The notes under the pieces were generated by a model that saw nothing but the letters and a program-made list of their open reading frames with translations, had not been told where the DNA came from and made no database searches. A program made the position numbers and the translations under genes. DNA of 63,040 bases, filler included, from Octopus bimaculoides (taxonomy: Eukaryota): the NCBI RefSeq assembly GCF_001194135.2. It is 3 parts of 3 records of this genome, joined end to end, with 100 filler letters (N's around TTAATTAATTAA, not from the genome) between each part and the next. Parts side by side here need not be neighbours in the genome. Positions count along the whole stretch, not along the records: positions 1 to 26,987 come from NC_068985.1; positions 27,088 to 48,833 come from NC_069004.1; 1 more part is not named here. One strand, given 5' to 3'. Numbering within the stretch: the stretch's first letter is position 1; the number at the start of each line of letters is the position of its first letter. Shown here piece by piece: positions 26,901-40,540 of this stretch.

Positions 26901-27542
26901 CAACACCTAGATCTTTGGATCTTGAAATTACACACATGCATGTGCACATGCGTGCACACACACACACACACGTATGTGTGTGTGTATNNNNNNNNNNNNN
27001 NNNNNNNNNNNNNNNNNNNNNNNNNNNNNNNTTAATTAATTAANNNNNNNNNNNNNNNNNNNNNNNNNNNNNNNNNNNNNNNNNNNNATATATATATATA
27101 TATAAGTTGTCTGTAACAGAATACAATAAGATGTTCCCCTGTTGATCCAAATGCACTTGGAACATCCAATGCTTAGCTCCAAATAACTGCTGTAACGGGG
27201 AAATATACGTAAGGGCTACTAATTTATACTCGTATTCAGCTGAATTTTCTCCATATAGATGCATAGACACACACATGCATACATATATACAGGCATACAT
27301 CAATGCATTCGTACGTACGTACATACACACACATACACACGCACATATACACATACACACATACATACATACATACATACATACATACATGCATACACAT
27401 ATACATACATACATACATACATACATACATACATACTCATGTACAATGCAGTTATGGATTTTATGCAGTTATGGATTTTATGCAGTACTCACTTTTTGTA
27501 CCTAAAGATCAGTGCTAAACTCTATCCCCTTTTCCTCAACAT

Positions 27543-27580
<38 letters not shown>

Positions 27581-27989
27581 ACACACACTCACACACACAC
27601 ACACATACACACGCGCCTATAACGTCTATGTATATTCACCCTTGGTGTTTTATTTGCATCCATTATATTTGATAGATTATGTTTGTCGAAGTCACACTCC
27701 TCACGGTTCCGCAAATCAGTGCTGAATTTGTTTCCTTAATGAGGTAATTCAATGCAACAGCAGTCTATAAATATTAAAATGAAAATGATAATTACGGTGA
27801 ATGAAAATGAATTCTTAAGTTTTATTTATGCACGCAAAATTAGAGTAGAAATTTAATATGGTTATAAATTAAAACGAAGATAATAAATCTTAAACATTTC
27901 AAACACAAAACTTCATTAAACCCCTGCAAAATCATTCTGTTAATCATCTTCAAAACTAAATAAAGCCTTCATAATCATCAGGATAAACG

Positions 27990-28041
27990 ATATCGCTGTG
28001 CAGATCCTCTTCATCATTGCTATCCGTAATTATAGGCCGCC

Positions 28042-28083
<42 letters not shown>

Positions 28084-28260
28084 ACGGATATTCGCCTTCT
28101 GTAGAAACCAATGCATTCAAAGTTCCTCATTTCTTGAAGGATTTGATAATGATGTCAGCTTTAATTTCTTTCCATGATTTAACGATCCATTCACAGATCA
28201 GAGACACCGATGGAGCCCATTCACTTCCCATTTTCAGTATGATTTTCATCCCCCTCACAC
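27990..28260 (-). mobile_element. pogo-type transposase C-terminal remnant
   Basis: PSVSLICEWIVKSWKEIKADIIIKSFKK followed by an acidic (GAT)n tail. Confidence 0.7.
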
Positions 28261-28794
28261 GTCCACTTACTCTATTTCATCTTCACCATAACCGTAAATA
28301 GTTTACTAACACCCATCTAAAGCTTGTGAAACACTTGTAATCCCTTTAGGAATTATTATTACGTTATTGTTTTGTGATCAGACATTATCAGATACACTCT
28401 ACTAAATCTAACTTACACTGATTTTAGATGGACAAACTTTTTCTTCCTCAGTCCACCAGGTTAGAAATTCCAAGCTTTTATCTTAACCGCTTACTGCATA
28501 CAGCTTCATCTATTCATTCTTGTGGGTGCACATGTACAATAATTCCTTTGGAAATTGTATTTTTCTCTTAAAAATATTTGTTTTAACTGTGTGCCATTTG
28601 CAAAAATATCTCAGAGATTGTTATTACTCAGACAGATCAGTTGTGATTGTAACGATCAATGGTTGTAACGGACAAAGCTCAGCTCAATGTTGAATATGTT
28701 GAAATAGTTAAGTGATGGTTATAATAACGCAGCTTATTAGTGGTTGTAAAGAAGCAGCTCAGTAGTGTAACACAGGTGAGCATTGATTTAGTCT

Positions 28795-29100
28795 CTGTCA
28801 CTCCATCGATTACGACGACGAGGATTCCAGTTGATCCGATCAACGGAACAGTCTGCTCGTGAAATTAACGTGTAAGTGGCCGAGCACTCCACAGACACGC
28901 GTACACTCTTGACGTAATTCTCAGAGAAATTCAGTATGTCACAGAATGTGATAAGTCTGCCCCTTTGAAATACAGGTCCAGCTCATTTTTACCAGCTGAG
29001 TGAAATAAAGTGTCTTGCTCAAGGAAAACACGTGCAGCTGGAAATCGAACTCATACCTTATGACTGTGAGCCAAATACCTTAACTACTAAGCCATGCGTC
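28795..29100 (-). mobile_element. SINE with CORE-like head and the S3 3' tail (OR2-like)
   Basis: Contains rc(cttgagcaagacactt); 3' part matches 53330-53430. Confidence 0.7.
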
Positions 29101-30711
29101 TTCTTAATGAGATAGTGAAGAGAGTTGAAATGAGATTGTAATGAAGCAGCTCAGTATCGCTTGTAATGAAATAGTTTAGTTGAGGTTGTAAGGATACATG
29201 TATTATCTGTAATGACACCGTTAAGTCGTAGTGGCAATAAAACATCTCATTGTTCATTGTAACGGGGTGTCAGAAATCATTGTAATGACATAAGTGGTAA
29301 TTATAATGAATTGATTTAACAATAGTGGTTATAATGATAATCTTCATTGATGATTTTTAATGAAAGAAATCAGTGGAGGTGGTTGTAATGGCTCAGTATT
29401 CATATCTATGCATTTGTTGGTTTTATTGAAACAGCTTAATGTGAGTTGTATTGAAGCAGCTAAAGTGGTGGTTGCAATGATATAACAATAAAACCAACTT
29501 AGTGATTGCTGTAGTGATACCCCTACACCTGTAGGAATAACACACTTCTTAAGTGCTTGCAATGACGGAATGGATAGAGCGAGAACAACTCTGATCATAT
29601 TTCATCTTGATCAAAGATAAAACAACGGAAAACAACAATATATTTTCAAGGCACCCGCTTCAATACCTACTGCGCTCTCTGTTACACACACCAATTGATG
29701 TTTCCACCATAGAATTTGGAAATTTATAACGGAGATTGAAAATGGTGAAAATTTGTGGAATTGATATACGACTTGAGATGAAAATGAACTGGTAAGCGAT
29801 GATTTATTCTCCGTTATAAAATACAGTTATTGCCATACATGAAATAGAATAACATAACAGGTTACAACAAAGGTGTGTGAGAGACTTCGTGGTTAGGCTG
29901 GACTGTTGCTCTTGTAGGCAAAAGTTGACATACTGTTTGGTGGTGTGTAGAGGCAGCCGTTGATCTGTTGGTCGTATGGTCTTCATTCAGCAACGATGTA
30001 AGCAGGTGTCTGCTGGAGAAGACACCTGCGGAAAATGGCTGGTGTCAGATACAATGTTGCCGGAGACGAGTTGCGTGTGGTCCGTGGCGAGTGCCGAAGA
30101 CCTAGAGCAGTCGAGAACTGTCGTTCTTATAGAGATCAGTAGGCTCCCAGGAGCTGGTGATTAATATCCCGCGTAAGGAAAAATGAACTGGACAGCTGGA
30201 AACCGACCAATACAAACAACAGGTTCGTTTAATTGCGAGGTCATGTGACCTGCTGGAACGAAGAGGGCTTGTGGAGCTGATAATCAAGTATTTAAGCCTT
30301 CTGCTACAAATTAAACTTAATTACTAAAAGCCTACTTAACCTCATTATGTTGTTGTTTAGCCCCAGGTCAAGCCGGACTGACCAGATCTATGATAAAGGC
30401 ATTCCAGCAGATAAGTCTCCGTGTACCCCAGTCTTTTCGCTATTGCTTAAAAAAAAGGAAGTAAATATGGTTTTCTTTATTGATCAAATAATAGTTGTGT
30501 TGTTGTATTCCGATATAATCTTGCCGGAATGTCTCGTGTATTTTCTTTTTTCAACACAGCAGAGAGTGGTTTGAGGGACATTTTTGTAACTATTTCTAGT
30601 AGGCTGTACAATCACGTAAAGACTTCTCTGTTGGGCTCATCCCGTTGTTATTGTTACCTAAGAGGCAAAAGATAGTTGATTGATGAAGCGTGCTTCTTCT
30701 TTATGAACTTC

Positions 30712-30827
<116 letters not shown>

Positions 30828-31769
30828 CAAGATCTAACGTCCAACAATTCCTCATAATGTCACATAATGCACAATTGTCTCTTTTGTTATATTTTTTACC
30901 CGATCGAAAGACGTTCACTGTTTTACATTCTTTGTCATTTCCTCCTGTGTTCTTAACTAATTAAGCCAATATTTTTATTAGGTTACCAGATTTGAATATT
31001 TGTTGTGCTTAATTTTTCGTATATTTTTGTGTACTTGTTATCGCCTTGTCCCCGACACCATTCCCCGATAACGTTCGTTGAGCACTCTTTGCCTTAGTAC
31101 ATGGTCGTCAGCCGGAGCGACGGAGACCATCTAGTCAATCCTAAGAATGCTCAATGACTTGCGCGGTGGCTTCGTTTAAACTGAAGAAGAGCTGTTCACC
31201 GTCAACCTCCCTCTCTCATCCTTGACCATCTTCAATCCATTGACAAGACCAGTTCAAAACGGCCAGGGACGGAGATCCACAATGCGTTGCTGCAGCCGAC
31301 TTCCCTTCTGTTCAACTATGAAGGTTTCTTCCATAGATTCCCCTGGATCCAGCTTTTACATGCACAAAATTACGGGTGAATTTGCCTTGGAGAGCTTAAA
31401 ATTACCGGCGCTTCACAAGTAGGAACATGTTTTTAACTTAAAGATTAAAACTAACAAAAATATATTTTATAATTTGTTTTATTGATTATAGTTTCGCCCA
31501 TCAAAAATATGAATAACATGTTGTCCAAGACGCTTGGTCACTAGTATGATTCTTTAAAACTTTGAATTATATATTTATAATTCTGCAGAGCCTTTGGATA
31601 CACGTTGTAATGCGCCGGAATATAATCCTTGAAAGCCATTGGTTCAGATGGTCGCATTTCGCTTTTGTTTTATATTCCTCACTACTCAATATTTCAATGT
31701 ATGTGGATATGTTTGTTACAATGGTAATAAACAAATGTGTTACACACACCTACATACAAACACAATTCA

Positions 31770-32930
31770 CTCCTTCACCTGCACTTCTACCAATGTCATC
31801 TACTGCATTTCCTGCTCTCTCTGCCCTTCTCTATACATCGGGCAAACGGGACGCCGCTTGGCTGACCGGTTCGTGGAACACCTCCTAGACATCCAACTCG
31901 ACAATGACACCCCGGTCTCGTCCATTTCCGCTCTACCGATCACTTTTTGCAGCACCTGTCTGTGTTTGGATTGTCCTTGCACAGGGGCCATCCGGACTCT
32001 CGTTTGCGCCGTGAACAAGGATTAATCTTCTCTCTTCGCTCCTTTGCGTCACATGAGCTAAACTCTCCTCTCCTCTTCATCTAACCTCCTCCCCTCTTCA
32101 TATAACCTCCTCCCCTCTCCTCTCTCCCTCTCACACCTACTTCCTCCCTCCCACCTCTCCTTTCTTGCTCCGACTCCTACTTCTTCTCTTCACTCCTACT
32201 CTCCTTCTCTCTTCTCTTCACTCCTACTCACCTTCTCCCATCCCCCTCTCCCTTCATCATCACGCCTCCATCGTAACCCCACCCCCACACAATTCAACCC
32301 CACCTTCCCTATCCATCCCATCATACTCCCACCCTATCCCTTACACCCACTCCCACATACCCCACCTCTACCCCCACCCTCAGTCTACCCTCATACCNNN
32401 NNNNNNNTCAACATAGCCTACACCCCTCCTTGCTTTCCCCACTCTCGCCTCCCCCACATCCCAACACCATCACACCACACCACTACACCATACACCACCA
32501 TACCACACAACACCACATCACATCACATCACACAACCACGCACACACTAGCACTGACCACTTCCCAGCCCCACTTCCACACACCTACACATACACACACG
32601 CACACGTCAATGTCACCAACCCACTTCCACACGCACATACATGCTCTCTTATACACACGCACGCGCACTTTCGTTTTGGGATCACCACTACTTTAGTATC
32701 TCCCCTTCGTCTTAGCTCTCCTGTGTGACCCCTCTGTCTGGCATTCGCCATGATAGATCGCTAGCCACTACACATTCTTTATTTTCTCTCCTTGTTTCTT
32801 TCTGTGTTCCTTTCTGTGGAAGAGCGTAGGCTCGAAATGTTAAAGACTTTCTCTATTCCCGAGCGTTATACTAATACATCTTTTTGTTGTCTACATCACA
32901 TGTCTTCATCTTTTTTTGTGAATTCTCCCT
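31770..32930 (+). mobile_element. 5'-truncated Penelope-like element: GIY-YIG endonuclease remnant + low-complexity 3' UTR + pLTR
   Basis: FTCTSTNVIYCISCSLCPSLYIGQTGRRLADRFVEHL, then a frameshift, then HF..RREQGLIFSL. Confidence 0.92.
32810..32845 (+). ncRNA. Variant minimal hammerhead (A6U core, helix III ATGT)
   Basis: cttt-CTGTGGA-a-gagc-gtag-gctc-GAA-ATGT-T-aaag. Confidence 0.65.
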
Positions 32931-32936
32931 ATATAC

Positions 32937-32983
<47 letters not shown>

Positions 32984-33116
32984 NNNNNNNNNNNNNNNNN
33001 NNNNNNNNNNNNNNNNNNNNNNNNNNNNNNNNNNNNNNNNNNNNNNNNNNNNNNNNNNNNNNNNNNNNNNNNNNNNNNNNNNNNNNNNNNNNNNNNNNNN
33101 NNNNNNNNNNNNNNNN

Positions 33117-33800
33117 GAATATGGTACTTAGTTGAAGCACCAGAATTTAGTGCGGTATTATCCATGCAATTTCAAAATAAGGTGATTAAAAGCAAAATAA
33201 GCAACAAGGATATCCAGAGGTAATGCAATACGATCGTTTCACGCAACTCCATTTAATTGAACAATGCAACCATTACATCAATTTAAATGCAGAGCAATCC
33301 TCAGCTGCACAAAGACATAGAATTTAATTAAATTAAAACAGATGGACACATTAGTATAATTTTACTTAAAATCTCCAAGAAGTTAAGGAGATAGACAAAG
33401 AACATGCTGCCTATTCTTTCACTTAGAAGCTATCAAGGTGTCAGGAAGAAAGATTTGTTACAGAGTTTGCTTGTCACTGTTTTATGGTGTCAGTTTTAAT
33501 TTATAGACTAGTTTTATCAAATCCTTGTATATCTAAGGCCGAGAGAACAAGGGGCAGGGTCTGTTAGGGGAAGGGCTGAGGGAGTAGACAGAAATCATAG
33601 TGGGTATAGGCATAAAAAATCAAGATTTATTAGAAGCAATATCATGAGATTTGGTAAAGGAAAAACTTAAATCAAGATGTTAGCTGACAATTAAGGGGGC
33701 CGGCCACCAGCAGACCATTGATAATGAAAACAGGGGATTTAGGGATCCGTTTTAGGGTTCCGTTATAGCAGGTATATATTATGTGGTAAAAGGAAAACCA
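33117..33800 (-). mobile_element. Probable PLE 3' region/pLTR (family H)
   Basis: Contains the hammerhead at 33224-33309; no coding remnant recognised. Confidence 0.5.
33224..33309 (-). ncRNA. Type I hammerhead with long helix II (family H)
   Basis: tgcag-CTGAGGA-t-tgc..catttaaattga..tcaattaaatg..gcg-t-GAA-ACGATCGT-A-ttgca. Confidence 0.8.
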
Positions 33801-33860
33801 AGGCAGAACGAGTATCTCAAGTCTTTTAGAATAGTTTAATTAGAGTAAGGTGAATTTGAA

Positions 33861-33936
33861 GTCTTACAGCCGTTTCTGGGATAACCCAAGTGGTAGGTTA
33901 GTATGTCCACGCACTGGGTGTTCCGTCATCAGAGAC
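33861..33936 (-). ncRNA. Type I hammerhead (family E)
   Basis: gtct-CTGATGA-c-gga..acccagtg...cacttgggt..tcc-ca-GAA-ACGGCTGT-A-agac. Confidence 0.8.
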
Positions 33937-34210
33937 GAGGTATGAATATTTTAGACAGGGAAAATTTACAGTTTACAAGGAATAAAATAGATTCACAGTT
34001 TATAAGGAATAAAATAGAAGAATAAAAGAGTAAATAGAAGAATAAAAGAGTAAATAGAAGAATAATGAGTAAAGGTAGAATACGGGCAGAATACATTATT
34101 CTCCCACCTCTATTCTACCTTTACTCCTTATTCTTCTATTTACTCCTTTATTCTTCCATCTTATTCCCTGTGAACTGTAAATTTTCCCCTGTCTAAAATA
34201 TTCATACCTC

Positions 34211-34286
34211 GTCTCTGATGACGGAACACCCAGTGTGTGGACATGCTAACCTACCACTTGGGTTAACCCAGAAACGGCTGTAAGAC
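34211..34286 (+). ncRNA. Type I hammerhead (family E, second arm)
   Basis: Same layout as 33861-33936 with 3 substitutions. Confidence 0.78.
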
Positions 34287-35505
34287 TTCAAATTCACCTT
34301 ACTCTAATTAAATTATTCTAAAAGACTTGAGATACTCGCTCTGACTTCGTTTTGATTTTTTCCTCTAATATAATACACACACACACATACATAAACACAC
34401 ACAAACACACACACACATGCACACATACATACACGGGTGCGTGGTAAGGAGTTTGCTTCCCAACTGCACGGTTGTGGGTTCAGTCCCACAGTCTTGTGAG
34501 AGGATTTGGTAGATGGAACCATAGAGAAGCTCATCGTATGTGCATACATAGGTGATACTTTGGCGTGTGATCTACGACTTAAATTGAGAGTACTTTAGGT
34601 AACTTTTTAGTATCAATTTCTAAAAACCATTAAGATGCTGGCTAAAGATTTTTATTATAAGGATTTTTTTAAAAATTCATGTATAATATTCCCAACCCTT
34701 TCAACTGGCATTGGGTTTGAGTTTAAGGCGGTGTAGTTCTTTGTGTGAGAAGATGGATATAAATTCACAAAATTTATTTGTCTTATTACTTTCTTTCGTA
34801 GGATTCTAACTGCTATGGTTTTGTTTCAATGGATTTGGCTTTGTTTTTAAAAAGAGTAAAAAAATATATATTTATTCTATTAATCTTACTTATTTAAACT
34901 TATATGTATACTAGCAGCTAAGCCCGGTTTCACCCGGTCGGTTTGGATGATGTGGCTGTAAAACCTGCTCTGAGTAAACATTCGACTTGTTTGGGCACGC
35001 TTACGTTAAAGAACAATTTTAGAATGACTTTTTTTCTGTCAAAACGCTAAAAATAACTGACCAACAAAAAAAGAACCAACCAAGATTCTACCAAATCAAA
35101 AAATAAACCCAAATATTAAGTGAACAAAGATGAACCATCCCACTTCCATTGCGCGCGACACACACAAGCACACATTCACATACTCCCCCTTTTACATACA
35201 CACACATATATTCACACAGAGTTGAAACGCTGTTAGATTTATTTTTTCAGCGTACAATTTTGCTCATCCCACTACCATGTATGACATCACCCCTTTCTTC
35301 CTTATTCATCTATCACCCCTTCATTTCTCATAAATACAAGAGTATTATTATAGTAGATTATCTCGGTAACCATGGGAGCTATGAAAAAATACAAAGCCCA
35401 GCAACACCACCGGATCATTCCACACATCTGTGTAATTTTTCGCCCAGCCGTTTGACCGTGAATCCCAAGACAAAAAAGAATCGCCCATGTCAAATTAATA
35501 TGTAC

Positions 35506-35537
<32 letters not shown>

Positions 35538-35569
35538 ATATATATGTATGTATGTATTATGTATGTATG

Positions 35570-35601
<32 letters not shown>

Positions 35602-35792
35602 GCAAATACCGACAACATTTTTTTGTGTATGTATGTGCGTGTGCGCCGTTGGGCAACCGAACGTTTAAAAAGTTCGTTTCACAACCTCGATGATCCGTGT
35701 TCACTCCCACTGTGGCCTTTTGCGCGAGTGTCATTTTGTGTAACCTTAGGTTAACCCATAACTTGTGAGTGAAATTGGGTTGGTGAAAACTC

Positions 35793-35850
<58 letters not shown>

Positions 35851-36606
35851 GGATAATAATGGCTATTGTGTGGCGGTATTGGTGCCACCTAGGTGGCAGC
35901 ATCTGTAGAAATAACATTGAAAATGCTGCTGATGAGGGTTTAAGTAGTGGTGGTTTCAGTTGTAGTAGCAGTAGTGGTGTAGTGTTGGTGGCAGTAGTGG
36001 TGGTGATATTGGTTATGTGTAGTCACTGGTTGTATGCTTTAGTTATGCGGTTAAGTTATTAGTGACTATTGTTAGTGTTGATGTTGTTGTTAATGACGTT
36101 GCTGATGACGATGATGATGGTAATGATGATGATTATGATGATAGTGATGACGATGATGATGATGATGATTACGACGACGACGGCGACGACGACGGCGACG
36201 ACGACGACGGCGACGACGACGATGATGATGGTAATGATGATGATAATGATGGTGATGATGATGATGATGTTGATGATGATGTTGATGTTGATGGTTATGT
36301 TACCATTATTGTTGTTGGCATTCTTGATACTCTTGTTGCTGCTGTCAGTGGTGTTGATGTTGTTAAAAAAGATATTTCTGCAGCAGCAGCAGCAGTAGTG
36401 TTGCATCGTAATAATAAAAAAGAATAAAATGATTTTAAAAATACAACAGTCTGGAACATATCGCCTTTCGGACGCAAGCGGCACAGACAGACCCCTGTGA
36501 TATTAGAAACCTTGAACTTCAAAGAACATCAGCAATATATCAAAAACTCTGCATCTAGATTATAACTGGGGCCATCGGGATAAAAGGGTGGGAGAGACAG
36601 AGATTT

Positions 36607-36662
<56 letters not shown>

Positions 36663-36886
36663 NNNNNNNNNNNNNNNNNNNNNNNNNNNNNNNNNNNNNN
36701 NNNNNNNNNNNNNNNNNNNNNNNNNNNNNNNNNNNNNNNNNNNNNNNNNNNNNNNNNNNNNNNNNNACATGTATATATAGATATACACATACACATATGT
36801 GTGTATTCACTACAGATATATATGTATGTATGCAAGTATTTAATACATATATGTGGATATATGAACATATTTATGCATGTGTGTGC

Positions 36887-36941
<55 letters not shown>

Positions 36942-37064
36942 TGAACATATATGTATGTACATATGTATATATATACAGATGTATGTCTGAAAATTCATAT
37001 ATGTATGTATGTATGTATGTATGTATATATATATATATGTACATATATATATATATATATGTGT

Positions 37065-37106
<42 letters not shown>

Positions 37107-37587
37107 ATGAGTACGTTTATATCTAAGTATAGGTTTATATACGTGTATGTGTACACACAAACACAAACACACATACATACACACACACACACAAACACAC
37201 ATACATACACACACACACACAAACGCACACATGGATAATATGTGTATATGTTTATGTATCTATGTGCGTGCGTGTGTGCGCGCTGGAGTTTCTACGCCTG
37301 TATTAAAAGTTTGACTTCAGATTTACAGACACATAATCATGTCTGATTGTTCGGATGTTGCAGAAGTGAGTGAGGAGATCAAAGCTTCTGAATAAGGCTG
37401 ATTGTAAATGGATGATAGATAGGGCTAGACCTCATTGGACCCTTGATCTCAGTAAGAAATTGCACATACTGCAACAGAGGACTGTAACACTCAATAAGAC
37501 AACTGGTTTGTCATGGCCATACCTACACGAGTTTGCCCACACCGGTTTTCTTTCCTCATGACTTTCGGAAAGATAGATGCTTTCTGA

Positions 37588-37728
37588 TGGCTGCGTGGTA
37601 AGAAGCTTACTTCCCAATCACATGGTTCTGCGCGGAACCTTGGGCAAGTGTCTTCTACAATAGCCTCCGACCGACCGAACACAAAGCTTTGTGAATGGAT
37701 TTGGTAGATGGAAACTGAAAGAAGCTCA

Positions 37729-37796
<68 letters not shown>

Positions 37797-38030
37797 ATAT
37801 GTATGTGTGTGTGTGTGTCTTTGTGTCTCTCAACCACCACTGCTTGACAACCGGTGTTGGTGTGTTTACGAGCCGTAACTTAACGGTTCGGCAAAGAGAC
37901 CGATAGAATATGTATTAGGCTTTAAAAAAATAAGTCCTGGAGTCGATTTATTCGACTAAAAACTGTTCAAGGCGGTGCCCCAGCATGGCCGCAATCAAAT
38001 GACTGAAATAAGTAGACGATGAAAGAAAGA
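37588..38030 (+). mobile_element. SINE S1, full length
   Basis: ggctgcgtggtaagaag head, ccttgggcaagt box, (GT)n spacer, 3' tail. Confidence 0.85.
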
Positions 38031-38237
38031 TAAAAGAAATTCTTCTCCGATGGTGTTGATCACGATTGTATTGCAATTTAATATAGAAGAATTTGGTCGT
38101 CGTGCACTTATACATACTGACTTTCATCAAATAATTTTTTTCAAAATTTCGAGTTTCATTTTGTTGATATTCATGTGGTGCGGGACTATCATATATGGAT
38201 GCACACCCACTATTTTTTCCTCTCGTGTAAAATAATA

Positions 38238-38399
38238 GGCGCAGGTTTGGTTGTGCGGTAAGGTTTCTCAACCACATGGTTGCAGGTTCAGTCTCACAGC
38301 GTGGCACCTTGATCAAGTGTCTTCTGCTAAAGCCTCTGGCCGACCAAAGTCTTATCAGTGAATTCAGTAGACGGAAACTGAAAGAAGCCCGTAATATAA

Positions 38400-38400
<1 letters not shown>
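38238..38400 (+). mobile_element. SINE S1, 5' half
   Basis: Similarity to the other S1 copies. Confidence 0.8.
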
Positions 38401-38444
<44 letters not shown>

Positions 38445-38889
38445 GGTGCACATACACACACAGCGTGTGCAACTTAAAGGGCAATTACTTTAGGTTACGT
38501 TTTAGTTTCCTTTCTAAAAACCCTTAAGATGTTGGCTAAAGAATTTTACAAATGTGATCAGCGACAAGACGAAGGAAGTTGCATTTTTACGAAGAAATAG
38601 CCTTTGGGATGATGAAGAAAATGTTGCACCATATCATCGCTTTGGTGAAGAAATGAAGCTCGAAGAAAAGGGAAAAACGGTGACAAAATTGCCAAATTTA
38701 CATGGTTTTATCAATATTAAAATAGTAAGAATTTTGAAAAAATACCTTTACAATGCTAAGTATGTCCAATAGAATTTATAAACAATCTGAATAACAATTT
38801 GATAATAAAGATTAATATATATATACATATATATCCCATATATATGCATATCTATATAATCATACGTGTATATGTGTGTGTGTGTGTAA

Positions 38890-38928
<39 letters not shown>

Positions 38929-40344
38929 NNNNNNNNNNNNNNNNNNNNNNNNNNNNNNNNNNNNNNNNNNNNNNNNNNNNNNNNNNNNNNNNNNNNNNNN
39001 NNNNNNNNNNNNNNNNNNNNNNNNNNNNNNNNNNNNNNNNNNNNNNNNNNNNNNNNNNNNNNNNNNNNNNNNNNNNNNNNNNNNNNNNNNNNNNNNNNNN
39101 NNNNNNNNNNNNNNNNNNNNNNNNNNNNNNNNNNNNNNNNNNNNNNNNNNNNNNNNNNNNNNNNNNNNNNNNNNNNNNNNNNNNNNNNNNNNNNNNNNNN
39201 NNNNNNNNNNNNNNNNNNNNNNNNNNNNNNNNNNNNNNNNNNNNNNNNNNNNNNNNNNNNNNNNNNNNNNNNNNNNNNNNNNNNNNNNNNNNNNNNNNNN
39301 NNNNNNNNNNNNNNNNNNNNNNNNNNNNNNNNNNNNNNNNNNNNNNNNNNNNNNNNNNNNNNNNNNNNNNNNNNNNNNNNNNNNNNNNNNNNNNNNNNNN
39401 NNNNNNNNNNNNNNNNNNNNNNNNNNNNNNNNNNNNNNNNNNNNNNNNNNNNNNNNNNNNNNNNNNNNNNNNNNNNNNNNNNNNNNNNNNNNNNNNNNNN
39501 NNNNNNNNNNNNNNNNNNNNNNNNNNNNNNNNNNNNNNNNNNNNNNNNNNNNNNNNNNNNNNNNNNNNNNNNNNNNNNNNNNNNNNNNNNNNNNNNNNNN
39601 NNNNNNNNNNNNNNNNNNNNNNNNNNNNNNNNNNNNNNNNNNNNNNNNNNNNNNNNNNNNNNNNNNNNNNNNNNNNNNNNNNNNNNNNNNNNNNNNNNNN
39701 NNNNNNNNNNNNNNNNNNNNNNNNNNNNNNNNNNNNNNNNNNNNNNNNNNNNNNNNNNNNNNNNNNNNNNNNNNNNNNNNNNNNNNNNNNATATATATAT
39801 ATATATATATATATACAGATATGTATGTAGTATATATGCTTATTACATTTACATCTAACACTCTATCTATCATTTTATCTGCCTACCTATCTCCTTCTAT
39901 CTATCTACATGTCTGTTTGTCTAGCTAGCTATCTATCTATTTATCTATAATTCTTGTACTCATCACTCTGGAGCTAAAATCTTACCTATTACCTTCACCA
40001 TCATCTCCCTGGCCTTCTCTCCCCTTCGCCTTCTCTCCCTCCCTCTCTGTATATTTTACTTAGATGTATGGAAAGACATATAACATTAATGTTAGAGAAG
40101 CCAACAACTTCATGACATGGAGTGTTTATGTATAGTTGAGTATATTGGGAGTGTGATGCGTGTATATGAGTCAGTGTCAGCGAGAGTTGAATTAAAAGAA
40201 ACTCTAGAGACACGAAACAGCATCCGTAGTCTTCGTTAGTCGTTCAGCAGATTCTGATGTTTGCCCTGAACGATGAGGTTTCGAGATCCGCGCTTGCTCT
40301 CCGTTCTGAAATTATTTCATCATTACTTCAGATACTGAGACTGC

Positions 40345-40509
40345 AAGTATTTCTTTAATGAATGTATGTATGTCATTATTCAGTTTATTTCAAGATTTCT
40401 TGCCAATAGAGAAAGAACCGGTTTCTAACCTAGATTCAAGGCTCCTTCATTGGAATTTCAACATCAACAACAGGGTATTTTTGTTTGTTCGTATGTATAA
40501 ATGTATGTA

Positions 40510-40540
<31 letters not shown>

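Larger units (their letters stand above)
33804..34343. mobile_element. Head-to-head inverted pair of pLTR-like repeats (family E)
   Basis: About 33804-34082 is the reverse complement of about 34110-34343, apart from small tandem expansions. Confidence 0.85.

Noticed and set aside
27032-27043. TTAATTAATTAA island inside an N gap (also at 48878-48889)
   Set aside because: The identical 12-mer occurs isolated within gaps twice; almost certainly an assembly or linker artefact.
34905-35700. Helitron-like start (tatactagcag..cccggtttcacccgg)
   Set aside because: Only a suggestive 5' motif; no 3' hairpin/CTAG end or second copy was found.
40190-40320. Structured segment (tcgttcag/ctgaacga hairpin, cgaaac/gtttcg) as a hammerhead or HDV-like ribozyme
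   Set aside because: No consistent CUGANGA-helix II-GAAA fold or nested double pseudoknot could be built on either strand.
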